From the NCBI GenBank assembly GCA_037130655.1, contig JBAXSP010000004.1, positions 337-64,336 of the forward strand: a stretch of 64,000 nt of DNA, given 5' to 3'. The notes below the pieces were generated by a model. That model worked only from the letters and a program-made list of their open reading frames with translations, was not told where the DNA came from and searched no databases. Of the stretch, positions 19,323 to 29,161 are shown in pieces; the first letter of the stretch is position 1; each line of letters begins with the position of its first letter. A program made the position numbers and the translations under genes. This DNA comes from a bacterium. GTDB lineage: Bacteria; Patescibacteriota; Minisyncoccia; Phycocordibacterales; UBA9973.

Positions 19323-20857
19323 TTTCCGATTTTCGGTCGATATTGTAACGCCTCAAGAATATGAGCAACTTCAACAGTATCTTTGTTTTCTACATCAGCA
19401 ATAGTTCGAGCCAATTTAATCACTCGATGATATGCTCGTGGAGACAGTCCCAATTTTTCTGCACTTGTTTTTAATATGTTTTTTACTTCATCAGAAAGTT
19501 GCACAAACTGATTGAGCTCTTTTGTTGTCATTGCGCTATTCGTCATATCACTTCGCTTCAGTTGCTTAAAACGCTCGTGTTGCTTTTTGCGTGCTTGCAA
19601 TACTTTTTCACGCAACACCTCACTAGTCTCACCGCTTTTATTTGTGCTCATCAAATCATCATACGAAACATGAGGCACTGCAATCATAATATCAATACGG
19701 TCAAGTAGTGGTCCTGATAATTTTCTTTCATATCGCAAAATGTCATGTGCACCACAAATACACTCTTTGACACCGCTTCCTTTGTATCCGCACGGACACG
19801 GATTCATAGCTGCAATCAAAGAAAATCGTGAAGGAAACTGCATCGTTCCTCGTGCACGAGACACCGTCACGACACCATCTTCAAGTGGTTGCCGGAGTGC
19901 TTCGATTACTCGTTTCTCAAATTCAGGAAACTCATCCAAAAACAACACTCCTTTGTGTGCAAGTGTCACTTCACCAGGACGCGGATTAGCACCTCCACCA
20001 ATAAGTGCTACGTACGAAGAAGTATGGTGTGGAGAACGAAATGGTGGAACAAAAGAAATTCCTTCAGCCACTTGTCTACTTCCAACAATTGAATGGATAC
20101 CAATCACCTCAAGCGCTGATTCTTTTGAAAGCGGTGGCAACAATGTCGCAAACGCTTTTGCAAGCAATGTTTTTCCGGTACCAGGCGGTCCATACAAAAT
20201 AACATTATGATTTCCCGCCGCAGCAATGAGCAAGGCCCGCTTCACACTTTCTTGCCCTTGAATATCTTCAAAAGCAATATCATACATTTGAGTGTTTGAA
20301 ATAGGCACCTCTTTAATTGCAGGAAGCGTGAATTCTTTTTTATCATCAAGATGCGCAACCAAATCAGACAATGAATCGAAACCGATAATCTCAATCGCGT
20401 CTACAAGCGAAGCTTCGGTTGCATTTTCACTTGGAACATACAGTGTTTTGATTCCGGCTTTGGCACAAGAAAGTGCAATCGGAAGAACACCTTTGAGCGG
20501 ACGGACACTTCCGTCGAGTGACAGTTCGCCAATAAAAACACTATCATCAGATAGTGGTTGTAAAAACTCTTCACCGACAAGCAACGATAGTGCAATAGCC
20601 ACATCATGATAGGCGCCCTCTTTTTTCAATTCAGCCGGAGCAAGTGCGATCGTAATTTTCTTTGTACCGAATTTTTCTGGCAAGAGATTACTGTTTCGCA
20701 AAGCACTTGTCACACGATTTTTAGATTCCTCAACAGCTTTATCAGGTAATCCCACAACAGCAAAAGAATGTATTCCCCGTTCAACATCTGATTCAACGGT
20801 GACAATAGTTCCCTTGATTCCGAATGGTTGTGCTGATAGCACTCGAGCGAAACTCAT
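19313..20857 (-). CDS. YifB/ComM-family Mg-chelatase-like AAA+ ATPase
   Basis: N-terminal Lon-like domain, Walker A GPPGTGKTLLAKA, and a C-terminal Mg-chelatase domain. The start was moved to MSFARVLSA at 20857. The 24 upstream codons in the track ORF are a read-through of the repeat element. Confidence 0.85.
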   Translation of the reverse strand: MSFARVLSAQPFGIKGTIVTVESDVERGIHSFAVVGLPDKAVEESKNRVTSALRNSNLLPEKFGTKKITIALAPAELKKEGAYHDVAIALSLLVGEEFLQPLSDDSVFIGELSLDGSVRPLKGVLPIALSCAKAGIKTLYVPSENATEASLVDAIEIIGFDSLSDLVAHLDDKKEFTLPAIKEVPISNTQMYDIAFEDIQGQESVKRALLIAAAGNHNVILYGPPGTGKTLLAKAFATLLPPLSKESALEVIGIHSIVGSRQVAEGISFVPPFRSPHHTSSYVALIGGGANPRPGEVTLAHKGVLFLDEFPEFEKRVIEALRQPLEDGVVTVSRARGTMQFPSRFSLIAAMNPCPCGYKGSGVKECICGAHDILRYERKLSGPLLDRIDIMIAVPHVSYDDLMSTNKSGETSEVLREKVLQARKKQHERFKQLKRSDMTNSAMTTKELNQFVQLSDEVKNILKTSAEKLGLSPRAYHRVIKLARTIADVENKDTVEVAHILEALQYRPKIGNND

Positions 20858-20876
20858 AAATAAAGCATAGCAAAAG

Positions 20877-20977
20877 TAATGACCAATTACTAATGACCAA
20901 TGACCAATGACCAATAATTCGAAAAACACGAAGCCAAAGGCTTCGTGTTTTTATTAGTCATTAGTCACTAGTCATTA
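20877..20977. repeat. Heptamer-array/terminator composite element, copy 4
   Basis: taatgaccaattactaatgaccaatgaccaatgaccaata / gaaaaacacgaagccaaaggcttcgtgttttt / attagtcattagtcactagtcatt. Confidence 0.75.
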
Positions 20978-20981
20978 TCTT

Positions 20982-21344
20982 CTATTCGTTAATGTGTTCC
21001 TTACAAGTAGGAGCAGCAGGATTTGCCTCAATTCTGTCTGCTTCAATCTCTTTGCCACACACACGACAGATACCGAATGTGTTTGATTCAAGATTTTCAA
21101 GTGCAGTTTCTACTGACTTTAATCGTGCAGAGAGTGCACTAACGGTAGACCCTCGTTCCTCAAAATCTTCAATACGATCCGCCAAATCATTAAAATCTGC
21201 CTCTGGTCCAGCGTCCTGGTTTTCAGGAACAACTTCCCACATACCAGTTGTCGCATTAAATGATGCGATATCCGAAAGTTCACTTTGTAACTGCTCTTTT
21301 TCTTTAAGCAACAATTCGTGTTGCTCAAGGTGTTGTTCTTTCAT
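20982..21344 (-). CDS. DksA/TraR-family C4-type zinc-finger protein
   Basis: 120 aa. Coiled-coil N-terminus and C-terminal CRVCGKEIEADRIEANPAAPTC four-Cys finger. Confidence 0.75.
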   Translation of the reverse strand: MKEQHLEQHELLLKEKEQLQSELSDIASFNATTGMWEVVPENQDAGPEADFNDLADRIEDFEERGSTVSALSARLKSVETALENLESNTFGICRVCGKEIEADRIEANPAAPTCKEHINE

Positions 21345-21424
21345 TTATAAAAATGATTTTACAATCAAAAAATATGATAAGGCGAATCGATAGCTTCGCA
21401 CCATTATGATACCATAACCAAGAC

Positions 21425-22321
21425 CTACTGCAACAAAGGATTTGTTGAGCTATGGATTCGTTCCAACAACACACGAAAAGCTTCTTTGTTTGTAGTGATA
21501 ATCACTGTTTTAGTGTTTACAATAGACCACAACAAAACATCTTGCCCGAACTCATCACGAAGCACTCGGACGTTTTGGTTTTCAATGATACTGTCATCGA
21601 AAACTTTATAAAACAACGGATCGGCAGGAAGTGTTTCGTAATCAAACAATGGCAAAATGTTTTGTGCCATTGTACGTTCCCACTCATTCATTCCTTGAAA
21701 AGACCCGTCTGTTCCAGAGAGCGTCAAAATAATAAACGGCACTGACACATCTGTTCCATTAACCATTCCCCATTCAAACATTCCATTTGCTCCAATTACT
21801 AATTTTCGAGGAATATTTTTGTCAACAATCGACAATAGCTGTTCTGTTGTTACTGGCAATACAACACCATCGGCTCGTTCGTTACCGAAAGCGATTCTAG
21901 TAAGACCTGCGTTTGAAGTATTTTTGATATAACTTTTTTCGAGTGTATTTTTGAGTGTTTCTACATCAGACGGAAGCGGTCCAACTTTATCTTGTTTATT
22001 GAAAAAAATAAGTGGCTGTATTGGAGGCAACACTTCTGTTGTTGTTTTTTGTACATAATTTTTGAGACTGATTCCAAGAATGACAACCGTGGCAATAGAA
22101 ATAATAATTCCGAACACAAAAAATAGTTTATTGGGAAGACTTGCGAGTGTTGTTGATTTTCTAACATTTTCTTCGGCGCGTTCTTTTTCAATCGTCATCT
22201 TCACCAAAGAACCTTGTTCGCCAGTCAACGCCTGTGCAACATCTTTTTTGAAAGTTCGGACTGCACCCTGCGCAATCAAAATATCGTCATGGTTATTTGG
22301 ATTTATGTTTTCTGAATTCAC
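21425..22321 (-). CDS. Membrane-anchored hypothetical protein
   Basis: 298 aa with a single TM (LFFVFGIIISIATVVILGISL). Confidence 0.5.
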   Translation of the reverse strand: MNSENINPNNHDDILIAQGAVRTFKKDVAQALTGEQGSLVKMTIEKERAEENVRKSTTLASLPNKLFFVFGIIISIATVVILGISLKNYVQKTTTEVLPPIQPLIFFNKQDKVGPLPSDVETLKNTLEKSYIKNTSNAGLTRIAFGNERADGVVLPVTTEQLLSIVDKNIPRKLVIGANGMFEWGMVNGTDVSVPFIILTLSGTDGSFQGMNEWERTMAQNILPLFDYETLPADPLFYKVFDDSIIENQNVRVLRDEFGQDVLLWSIVNTKTVIITTNKEAFRVLLERIHSSTNPLLQ

Positions 22322-22361
22322 AAATATATTATAACAAATAATAATAATTTAATTGTATTAA

Positions 22362-22468
22362 AATGACTAATTACTAGTGACCAATGACCAGTATTTTGAA
22401 AACAAAAGAGGCGAAACAGAATGTTTTGCCTCTTTATTAGTCATTAGTCACTAGTCATTGGACATTGC
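22362..22468. repeat. Heptamer-array/terminator composite element, copy 5
   Basis: aatgactaattactagtgaccaatgaccagt / aaaagaggcgaaacagaatgttttgcctcttt / attagtcattagtcactagtcattggacatt. Confidence 0.75.
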
Positions 22469-22980
22469 TATCTGTATCCCATCAAATATTTTTTTGGATT
22501 ATCAGACAAATCAGTGAAGTCATCTACGACTTCGCGTAATTTTCCAGAAGTTGCTTTACCAAATGAAATAACTTCTACTTGTGTTCCGTAGGTATTTTGC
22601 AAATACTCTACCATCGGTATGAAGTCTCCATCTCCTGCCACAAGCACCACCGCATCAAGACGTGGTGCCATTTTCATTGCATCAACAGCAAGTCCGACAT
22701 CCCAATCACCCTTTTTGGCTCCGCCGGCAAATACTTGCAGGTCTTTTGTTTTTGTTTCAATACCAAGTTTTGTCAGTGCTTCAAAAAAGTTTTTCTCATC
22801 ACCTGCTTCACTGGTAATCACATATGCGATTGCACGCACCAGCTTTCGCCCCGCAATTGCGTCTTTGACCACTGCACCAAAATTAACTTTTCGTTTGTAC
22901 AAATTTTTTGCACTATGATACAAATTTTGTGCATCGATAAATACACCGACACGCTGTTCTTTATGTTTAATAATTGCCAT
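22468..22980 (-). CDS. NYN-domain (LabA/DUF88-like) protein
   Basis: VGVFIDAQNLYHSAKN...VVLVAGDGDFIPMVEYLQ matches the NYN/LabA nuclease fold. The start was moved to MAIIKHK at 22980. Confidence 0.65.
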   Translation of the reverse strand: MAIIKHKEQRVGVFIDAQNLYHSAKNLYKRKVNFGAVVKDAIAGRKLVRAIAYVITSEAGDEKNFFEALTKLGIETKTKDLQVFAGGAKKGDWDVGLAVDAMKMAPRLDAVVLVAGDGDFIPMVEYLQNTYGTQVEVISFGKATSGKLREVVDDFTDLSDNPKKYLMGYR

Positions 22981-23109
22981 ATATAAAAATAGTTTAACTA
23001 ACCGTATTAAAAATTGTTGGTGCAATATAAGCACAACAACACAATGTAAGTATAAAGGAAAACAACTCGAACCACTAATAAATAAAACACCGTATCGGTG
23101 TTTTATTTA

Positions 23110-23370
23110 TTACGCCTTTAGTTTTTTTGAAACTTCCTCGAAACGTTTCTTGTCTGTTTTTTCAAGATATTTGAGGTGAGTACGACGATCAGCTACCATT
23201 TTGAGAAGTCCGCGTCGTGAGTGAGCATCTTTCTTGTTTTTCTTTAGGTGAGTAGCCAATTCATCGATACGAGCTGAAATCAATGCGATTTGCACCTCTG
23301 GAGAACCAGTGTCAGTTTCGTGAACTTGGCTCTTTTTGATAAGATTTTGCTTTTTCTTTGTTGTTAACAT
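23110..23370 (-). CDS. rpsO: 30S ribosomal protein S15
   Basis: 86 aa. [47 protein letters not shown] is the conserved S15 core. Confidence 0.95.
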   Translation of the reverse strand: MLTTKKKQNLIKKSQVHETDTGSPEVQIALISARIDELATHLKKNKKDAHSRRGLLKMVADRRTHLKYLEKTDKKRFEEVSKKLKA

Positions 23371-23406
23371 TGTAGACCAATAGTAGCATATAAGCCAAAA
23401 ATAAGC

Positions 23407-23429
23407 AAGCCCCGTATACTCGGGGCTTT
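23407..23429. terminator. GC hairpin aagccccgtatactcggggctt (near-identical copy of the 27187 hairpin) between the divergent rpsO and xer genes
   Basis: 9-bp GC-rich stem. Followed by ggtcattggtgg, which resembles a degenerate heptamer arm. Confidence 0.5.
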
Positions 23430-23674
23430 AGAAGGTCATTGGTGGTGAAAAATCGCCATATATAGCATTGAGCCATATAATAAAAAGAGTATAGTTGCCA
23501 CTAGAATGAAAAAATATTTCAGACCATTTTTAACAATCACCCCTTCGGTGTTAGCTTCTTCTAAATTTGTCATAATACTAATTGATTTGCTCCATTTCAA
23601 TTATGCGCTTATGCAAAACTTTTGCAAGACGACAATCACATCTCCATTGTGCGACACTACGCTATAATAGAAAC

Positions 23675-24589
23675 ATGTACGATCTCGCTCAACTCAAACG
23701 CCAGTTTCTCGAACACGTTGAAATAGAAAAAGGGCAGAGTCTCAAAACGGTCGAAAATTATGACCGCTACCTTACTCGATTCCTCGCTTTTGCCAAGGTC
23801 ACCGACCCCAAAGATATTACCGATGATATTGTTCGTGAATTTCGTCTTTTTCTCAACAGACAAACTGGAATGAAGGTTCGCGGTCAATCTGCCGCCACCA
23901 TGAAGCGCAACACACAAAACTACTATCTTATTGCGCTTCGTGCATTTCTTCGTTATCTCATGAAAAGAAATGTCACTTCCCTGCCACCCGATCGTATTGA
24001 GCTCGCAAAGATCAAAGAGCGTCACTTAGACTTGATGACGACAGCAGAACTACACCGCCTCCTTGAAGCACCAGACAAAACAACATCTGTTGGACTTCGT
24101 GACAAAGCAATCCTTGAATTATTTTTCTCCACCGGACTTCGTCTTTCCGAACTCTGTTCACTCAATAGTGATTTAGATTTATCACGAGATGATTTTTCTA
24201 TTCGCGGAAAAGGTGAGAAAGTTCGTGTTGTCTTTTTGTCTGAAGAAGCAAAGCTTGCTATTCGTGAATATTTGAAATCTCGCAAAGATATGAATGAGGC
24301 ATTGTTTGTGCAAATTTCAAAAAACAATATCGGTACTGGCCGTCTGACCCAACGTTCAATCGAGCGCATTGTTCGTCATTACGCAACCAAAGCCGGTATT
24401 TCAAAAAAAGTTACTCCACACGTTATTCGTCACTCATTCGCCACCGACCTCCTTTCCAACGGTGCAGATATTCGTAGTGTGCAGATGATGTTGGGTCACG
24501 CAAACATTGCAACAACACAGATTTATACCCACGTGACCGATGCACAACTGAGAGATGTTCATAAGAAATTTCACAGCAAAAGAAAATAA
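23675..24589 (+). CDS. Tyrosine site-specific recombinase, XerC/XerD family
   Basis: N-terminal SAM-like domain. C-terminal catalytic residues ...LGLRLSEL..., HVIRHSFATDLLSNGADIRSVQMMLGHANIATTQIYTHV (R-H-R-Y). The start was set at MYDLAQLKRQF. Confidence 0.85.
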   Translation: MYDLAQLKRQFLEHVEIEKGQSLKTVENYDRYLTRFLAFAKVTDPKDITDDIVREFRLFLNRQTGMKVRGQSAATMKRNTQNYYLIALRAFLRYLMKRNVTSLPPDRIELAKIKERHLDLMTTAELHRLLEAPDKTTSVGLRDKAILELFFSTGLRLSELCSLNSDLDLSRDDFSIRGKGEKVRVVFLSEEAKLAIREYLKSRKDMNEALFVQISKNNIGTGRLTQRSIERIVRHYATKAGISKKVTPHVIRHSFATDLLSNGADIRSVQMMLGHANIATTQIYTHVTDAQLRDVHKKFHSKRK

Positions 24590-24600
24590 AAAAAATCCTG

Positions 24601-25092
24601 CTATTGAGCAGGATTTTCTGTAGAGATTGTCTCTCTCCGGTTTCTTTTACCTCGATGAGTGTATTCTTCTACTCTGAAGTTACTGTTTGACCAAACATTA
24701 TCTGTTTTACGTGCAAAGAGATAATACATTGAAGTGAGTGCATTGTAATACAACCCAGAAAGCAGTACGAGTATTGTCGTTGTTTCCCAATCGATACGGA
24801 GTTCATTTCTACCATAAGCAAAAAACAAACAAAAAGAAAAAACGATCAACGTAATTACAACAGCTCTACCTCTCGGACTAAAATCAGCAACTGTACCACC
24901 AACAGTTCCGTCACCAGGATCTGGATAGACAAGAAAAACAAATGAAAGCACAGCACAAGAGCCGAGCAAGAAATACAAATACATTTCTGTAAAAGGAGTA
25001 TTTTTTGCTAGATACTCAACATACGGCAATTTGATGTTTGCCGTGATAGCAATGAACAAAAAAGAGAGTAAAACTTTTGATATATTTTTCAT
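24601..25092 (-). CDS. Hypothetical integral membrane protein
   Basis: 163 aa with four predicted hydrophobic helices. Confidence 0.45.
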   Translation of the reverse strand: MKNISKVLLSFLFIAITANIKLPYVEYLAKNTPFTEMYLYFLLGSCAVLSFVFLVYPDPGDGTVGGTVADFSPRGRAVVITLIVFSFCLFFAYGRNELRIDWETTTILVLLSGLYYNALTSMYYLFARKTDNVWSNSNFRVEEYTHRGKRNRRETISTENPAQ

Positions 25093-25165
25093 ATGAGCAA
25101 CAATTTATCCTTCTTTAGCATACTCCCGTTTTATCCAAAAAACAATAGTTTGGTATACTATTAAA

Positions 25166-25939
25166 ATGAAAATCATTTCTTGGAACACCAACGGTGTCAG
25201 AGCTACCGACAAACAAGGACATCTCTTGCCACTTTTTGATACAAAACCAGACATTGTTTCCCTACAAGAAACCAAAGCCGAGCTCGACCAATTACCCGAA
25301 AGTGTCACTCATATTCCAGGCTATCAGTTTTTTATTTCTCCCTGCAAAACTCGCAAAGGATATAGTGGTGTTTCAATGCACATCAAAGACAGTATAAAAA
25401 TTGAAAAAGTCGAATACGGTTTTGGAAACAAAGAGTTCGATGATGAAGGACGGACGATTATTTTATACACCAAAGATTTCATCCTCCTCAATTCATACTT
25501 CCCCAACGGTGGAGGTGGACCTGTTCGTCTTGATTACAAACTTCGTTTCTATGATGCATATCTCAAATTTTTAGATAAAAACAAAAAATTCGGCAAGAAA
25601 ATTATTTTCTGTGGTGATGTAAACACCGCTCACACCGAAATTGATTTGGCTCGACCAAAAGAAAATATCGAAAACACCGGTTTCTTACCAATCGAACGTG
25701 CATGGCTCGACAAAGTTGTTACTCATGGATACATAGATACATTCCGTAACTTACATCCAGAAACCAAAGACATGTATAGTTATTGGGATCAAAAAACCCG
25801 TGCCCGCGATAGAAATGTCGGCTGGCGTATTGATTACTTTTTTGTTTCAGAAAATCTCCTCAAGCAAGTCAAAAAATCAGAAATGTTAACTGATTATCTC
25901 GGTTCTGACCACTGCCCTATCATCCTCGAGCTAAAATAA
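25166..25939 (+). CDS. xth: Exodeoxyribonuclease III (AP endonuclease, Xth family)
   Basis: MKIISWNTNGVRA...SLQETK...GDVNTAHTEIDL...SDHCPIILEL are the hallmark ExoIII/APE1 motifs. Confidence 0.9.
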   Translation: MKIISWNTNGVRATDKQGHLLPLFDTKPDIVSLQETKAELDQLPESVTHIPGYQFFISPCKTRKGYSGVSMHIKDSIKIEKVEYGFGNKEFDDEGRTIILYTKDFILLNSYFPNGGGGPVRLDYKLRFYDAYLKFLDKNKKFGKKIIFCGDVNTAHTEIDLARPKENIENTGFLPIERAWLDKVVTHGYIDTFRNLHPETKDMYSYWDQKTRARDRNVGWRIDYFFVSENLLKQVKKSEMLTDYLGSDHCPIILELK

Positions 25940-25984
25940 GTGTTTGTTTTTTATCCATTTTTCGTGTATGGTAAAAGAAAAAAT

Positions 25985-26116
25985 ATGGATAAAATTATAA
26001 AACTTTTGTGGGAACATCGCATAGCTACAGGCATAGGATGTTGGACATTTGTTTTATTATTCATCCTCTGGCTTCTATTTTGCACAAAAACAGAAAAAAC
26101 CAACAATCGTCAGTAA
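25985..26116 (+). CDS. Possible small membrane protein (43 aa)
   Basis: ATG-initiated MDKIIKLLWEHRIATGIGCWTFVLLFILWLLFCTKTEKTNNRQ with one TM helix. It is below the ORF-track length cutoff. Confidence 0.25.
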   Translation: MDKIIKLLWEHRIATGIGCWTFVLLFILWLLFCTKTEKTNNRQ

Positions 26117-26182
26117 TGGCGATTTCTTTTTGCATATTTCTACAAAATAAGGTACAACAAAAGAGGAAAAAGTAATACTACA

Positions 26183-26641
26183 ATGAATATATATGGAAAA
26201 CTTGAGGAAATAATTCATACAGCAAACACATTATTTCCCGAATTTTTGAAAGAAAACAAGCAAGTGCTTGGTGACAGAAAAGGAGTTTATCTTCTCGCTG
26301 TCAGCAGAAATGAATGGAAAACAGTAGGAGCTGTATTGGGAGATTTTGAAGATCCCTTGAAAATTCTTGAAAAGACTGCTTTTGCAACAGAAAAAGCTTG
26401 TCGACTCGAAAAGAATTATAAACACTTTACTTCCTTTCACACGCAAAATTACACAAAGAAACAATTTGGTGGAGCAATCAGTCTTCCAGAAATAATCCTT
26501 TCTTGCTCTGGTTTTCCAGCAATACAAGATCATTATTTCTGTTTGTCAGTACTCAAAAAAGTTGGACTATGCTCAGAAAAAGAAGAGCAGCGAATCCAAA
26601 AAGAATTTGAATGTTACAAAAACTTTGGCACCTCTTATTAA
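26183..26641 (+). CDS. Hypothetical protein
   Basis: 152 aa ORF with no recognisable motif. Confidence 0.4.
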   Translation: MNIYGKLEEIIHTANTLFPEFLKENKQVLGDRKGVYLLAVSRNEWKTVGAVLGDFEDPLKILEKTAFATEKACRLEKNYKHFTSFHTQNYTKKQFGGAISLPEIILSCSGFPAIQDHYFCLSVLKKVGLCSEKEEQRIQKEFECYKNFGTSY

Positions 26642-26703
26642 AACCGGAAATTTCCGGTTTTTATTTTTGTGCTATATTGGGAATGGAATATTTTTTACAA
26701 AAA

Positions 26704-27182
26704 TGAATACTATAATTGAAAACACTAGAGCTCTTTTACAAATGCTCGATGGAACTGGTGGAAGACTTTCTTTTCCCGAATCAATCCAAGAATGGCGAAA
26801 ACTGGAAACATTTTTTGAACAAACAAATAACAAACCATACCACAGTTTCACCTTGCGACTAGATGATGAAAACTCAAATGAAACTCGTTCCGAATACATC
26901 AGCATGCACGATGTAATTGAAACATCGAACGGAATATTCATCCACGGAAAGAAAGGTGGGCGACTCGACGGCACGCTCGGTGGAAACATGTGGAGCGAAT
27001 TGATTCTTTATTTTGAGAACAAAACAAAAGCCGATGAAGTGCTGGCAGGCAGTGTTACTCGAGAAAAAATCGACAGAATGTTCAACAACGTCCTGATCAT
27101 CACTAGAAAGATTAATCACTATGATCTCGAAGCCGGCCCTGCAAAAAAATTATTTTTGCAAACAGTACAACCTACTTCTTAA
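26704..27182 (+). CDS. Hypothetical protein
   Basis: The track ORF 26562..27182 overlaps the previous gene. The internal Met start MNTIIENTRALLQ is preferred. No recognisable motif. Confidence 0.4.
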
Positions 27183-27186
27183 AACA

Positions 27187-27213
27187 CCAAAGCCCCGTAT
27201 CCTCGGGGCTTTT
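27187..27213. terminator. Bidirectional intrinsic terminator between convergent genes (aaagccccgtatcctcggggcttttttt)
   Basis: GC stem plus a T-run on the plus strand and an A-run upstream. Lies between the stops of the 26704..27182 gene and cca. Confidence 0.7.
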
Positions 27214-28764
27214 TTATTTCACTCCATGCTTCTTTCGCAACTTCCCTACTTCCTCCCCTTCCAACTCCTCTTTTTTTTCTTTCGCCTTCTCCCCTAGTTC
27301 TTTCAATGTTACGTCATCCATTTGTTCGTATTCCTTTACTCGCTCTGTCAGTGTTTCAATGGTGTTTTTACTTGGATCATCCAGCACTTCTTCGAGTAAT
27401 GCATTCAACATCCAGCCCATGCGTGGTCCGGCTTTGATTTGCAGATCATTCATCAAGTAATTCCCGTCTATTGCCAGCTGTTTCACCGAAATCGGATCAC
27501 GCAGACACTCTTCGATCATTGCATGATATTTACGCAAACGGTACGGGGCTTCAGTCTTACTCATTCCTACTCGGTCACATTCGCGCACCTGCATCAACTC
27601 CCAGATATGATCAACACCAACATTTGCCACCACTCTACGTACAGCAGAGAGTGTAATTTGTTCTGTATCAGAGAAAAACATATGCCGACGCACCATATTT
27701 GTTACATACACAACTGTTTCCCGTGAAAACTTCATTCTATCCAATATTTTTTGAGTCATTTTTGCCCCGACGACTTCGTGTCCATAAAAGGTTGGTTTTA
27801 CCTTAGCGCTTGGCGTTCTTTTTGTTCGTGGTTTTCCAATATCGTGAAAAAGCGCTGAAAGACGGATATCAGTCGAATATCCTTTGTCAGCAGCGTGTTG
27901 TACAGCACCCAGAAGATGCTCGAATACATCATAGATGTGAGCCCCACCTTGGTGACAACCGATTCCCTCTTCAAGTTCAGGGATAATGTATGTAAGTAAT
28001 CCCAATTTCTGCAGCAAAGCAATTCCTTGTGCAGGACGTGGACTTTCGATTATTTTGACAAACTCATCTCGAATTCGTTCTTGTGAGATGTTTTCTATCA
28101 ACTGTGCATGTTCAGCAATTGCCGCCAATGTCTCCCCTTCAATAGCAAAATCCAAGACTGTGGAAAACCTCACGGCACGTAACATACGCAAAGCATCTTC
28201 AGAAAATCGTTCTATCGGACTTCCGACCGTTTTGATTATTTTGTCTTTTATATCGGACTGTCCGTTATAAAGGTCAAGTATTGTGTCCTTTTCTATACTA
28301 TAGGCCATAGCATTGACCGTAAAATCACGACGTCCGAGATCTTCTGAAACGTTTCTTGTGTAACAAACTTCATCTGGATGACGATTATCACTATATTTAC
28401 CTTCCTTACGGAAAGGTGTGACTTCTACCATATAGTATTCCGTTTCATCTGAAACGATAGTATTTGTGTCACGTGAAACGTTTTTATCTAGATTTATAGG
28501 CGTTTCTTGTGTAACAATAGGAATACAGACACCAACAGTACCGAAAGTGTTCTCATAAACCGTCTTCTCAAAGAGTCCTTGAATCTCCTCAGGAGTAGCG
28601 CTTGTTGTTAGATCCCAGTCTTTGACATCTCTACCTAAAAACATATCTCGGACACAGCCACCAACAACAAAAGCCTCAAAACCAGCATTTTCGAGTTTTT
28701 GTGTTACATATGTAACATAAGAGGGAATTAGTTCTTTGTTTATTTTTTTAGGCGTTTGTTGCAT
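27214..28764 (-). CDS. cca: CCA tRNA nucleotidyltransferase (polyA-polymerase head domain + HD domain)
   Basis: VVGGCVRDMFLGRDVKDWDLTTSATPEE nucleotidyltransferase motif, RDFTVNAMAY, and an HD domain (LSALFHDIGKP). Confidence 0.85.
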   Translation of the reverse strand: MQQTPKKINKELIPSYVTYVTQKLENAGFEAFVVGGCVRDMFLGRDVKDWDLTTSATPEEIQGLFEKTVYENTFGTVGVCIPIVTQETPINLDKNVSRDTNTIVSDETEYYMVEVTPFRKEGKYSDNRHPDEVCYTRNVSEDLGRRDFTVNAMAYSIEKDTILDLYNGQSDIKDKIIKTVGSPIERFSEDALRMLRAVRFSTVLDFAIEGETLAAIAEHAQLIENISQERIRDEFVKIIESPRPAQGIALLQKLGLLTYIIPELEEGIGCHQGGAHIYDVFEHLLGAVQHAADKGYSTDIRLSALFHDIGKPRTKRTPSAKVKPTFYGHEVVGAKMTQKILDRMKFSRETVVYVTNMVRRHMFFSDTEQITLSAVRRVVANVGVDHIWELMQVRECDRVGMSKTEAPYRLRKYHAMIEECLRDPISVKQLAIDGNYLMNDLQIKAGPRMGWMLNALLEEVLDDPSKNTIETLTERVKEYEQMDDVTLKELGEKAKEKKEELEGEEVGKLRKKHGVK

Positions 28765-28947
28765 ACAAACAATTTTGTGCGGGGTAGGAGAATCGTTCCT
28801 TACAGGAACAGTACCCTAATTGGCTGTTTTGTTTCGCATTGCTCCACAAAACAGCTCAATCAGGCTTCGATTCTTTGCTCGTGTTTCATAAGAAACACTT
28901 GCGCTTACCCCACACAATAACTAAGGAAATATACAGTATTTTTATTG

Positions 28948-29018
28948 TGCGGGGTAGGAGAATCGAACTCCTGTCTCATCCTTGGCAAGGACGCATTCTA
29001 CCACTAAACCAACCTCGC
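28948..29018 (-). tRNA. tRNA-Gly (anticodon GCC)
   Basis: The reverse complement folds as a cloverleaf. Anticodon loop CCTTGCCAAGG, T-arm AGGAGTTCGATTCTCCT, and acceptor GCGAGGT/ACCCCGC with one A:C mismatch. Confidence 0.7.
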
Positions 29019-29089
29019 TATTATTTTTTAATACGACTATTATAACGACTCTTTCATAAAAAAGCAATTTGTGTAATAATGCAACTATT

Positions 29090-29161
29090 GCACTTGTGGT
29101 GAAATGGATATCACAGCGGTCTTCGGAACCGTTATTCTGGGTTCGAGTCCTGGCAGGTGCA
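29090..29161 (+). tRNA. tRNA-Arg (anticodon TCG)
   Basis: Acceptor GCACTTG/CAGGTGC, D-arm GTGAAATGGATATCAC, anticodon loop CTTCGGA, T-loop GGGTTCGAGTCC. Confidence 0.7.

Noticed and set aside
20858-20929. N-terminal 24-codon extension of the YifB/ComM ORF (MFFELLVIGHWSLVIGHYFCYALF) in the ORF track
   Set aside because: The extension is a read-through of the heptamer repeat arm (TGGTCAT units have no stop in that frame). The conserved protein starts at MSFARVLSA, so the start was moved to 20857. The NYN-domain ORF has the same artefact (start moved to 22980), and so does the HU ORF (start moved to 33568).
23675-24589. Tyrosine recombinase as evidence of an integrated prophage or ICE
   Set aside because: It has the domain layout of XerC/XerD chromosome-dimer resolvases. 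It is flanked by rpsO and housekeeping genes and has no phage structural, replication or att-flanked cargo genes nearby. Its possible involvement with the tRNA 3'-end duplications is kept only as a hypothesis.
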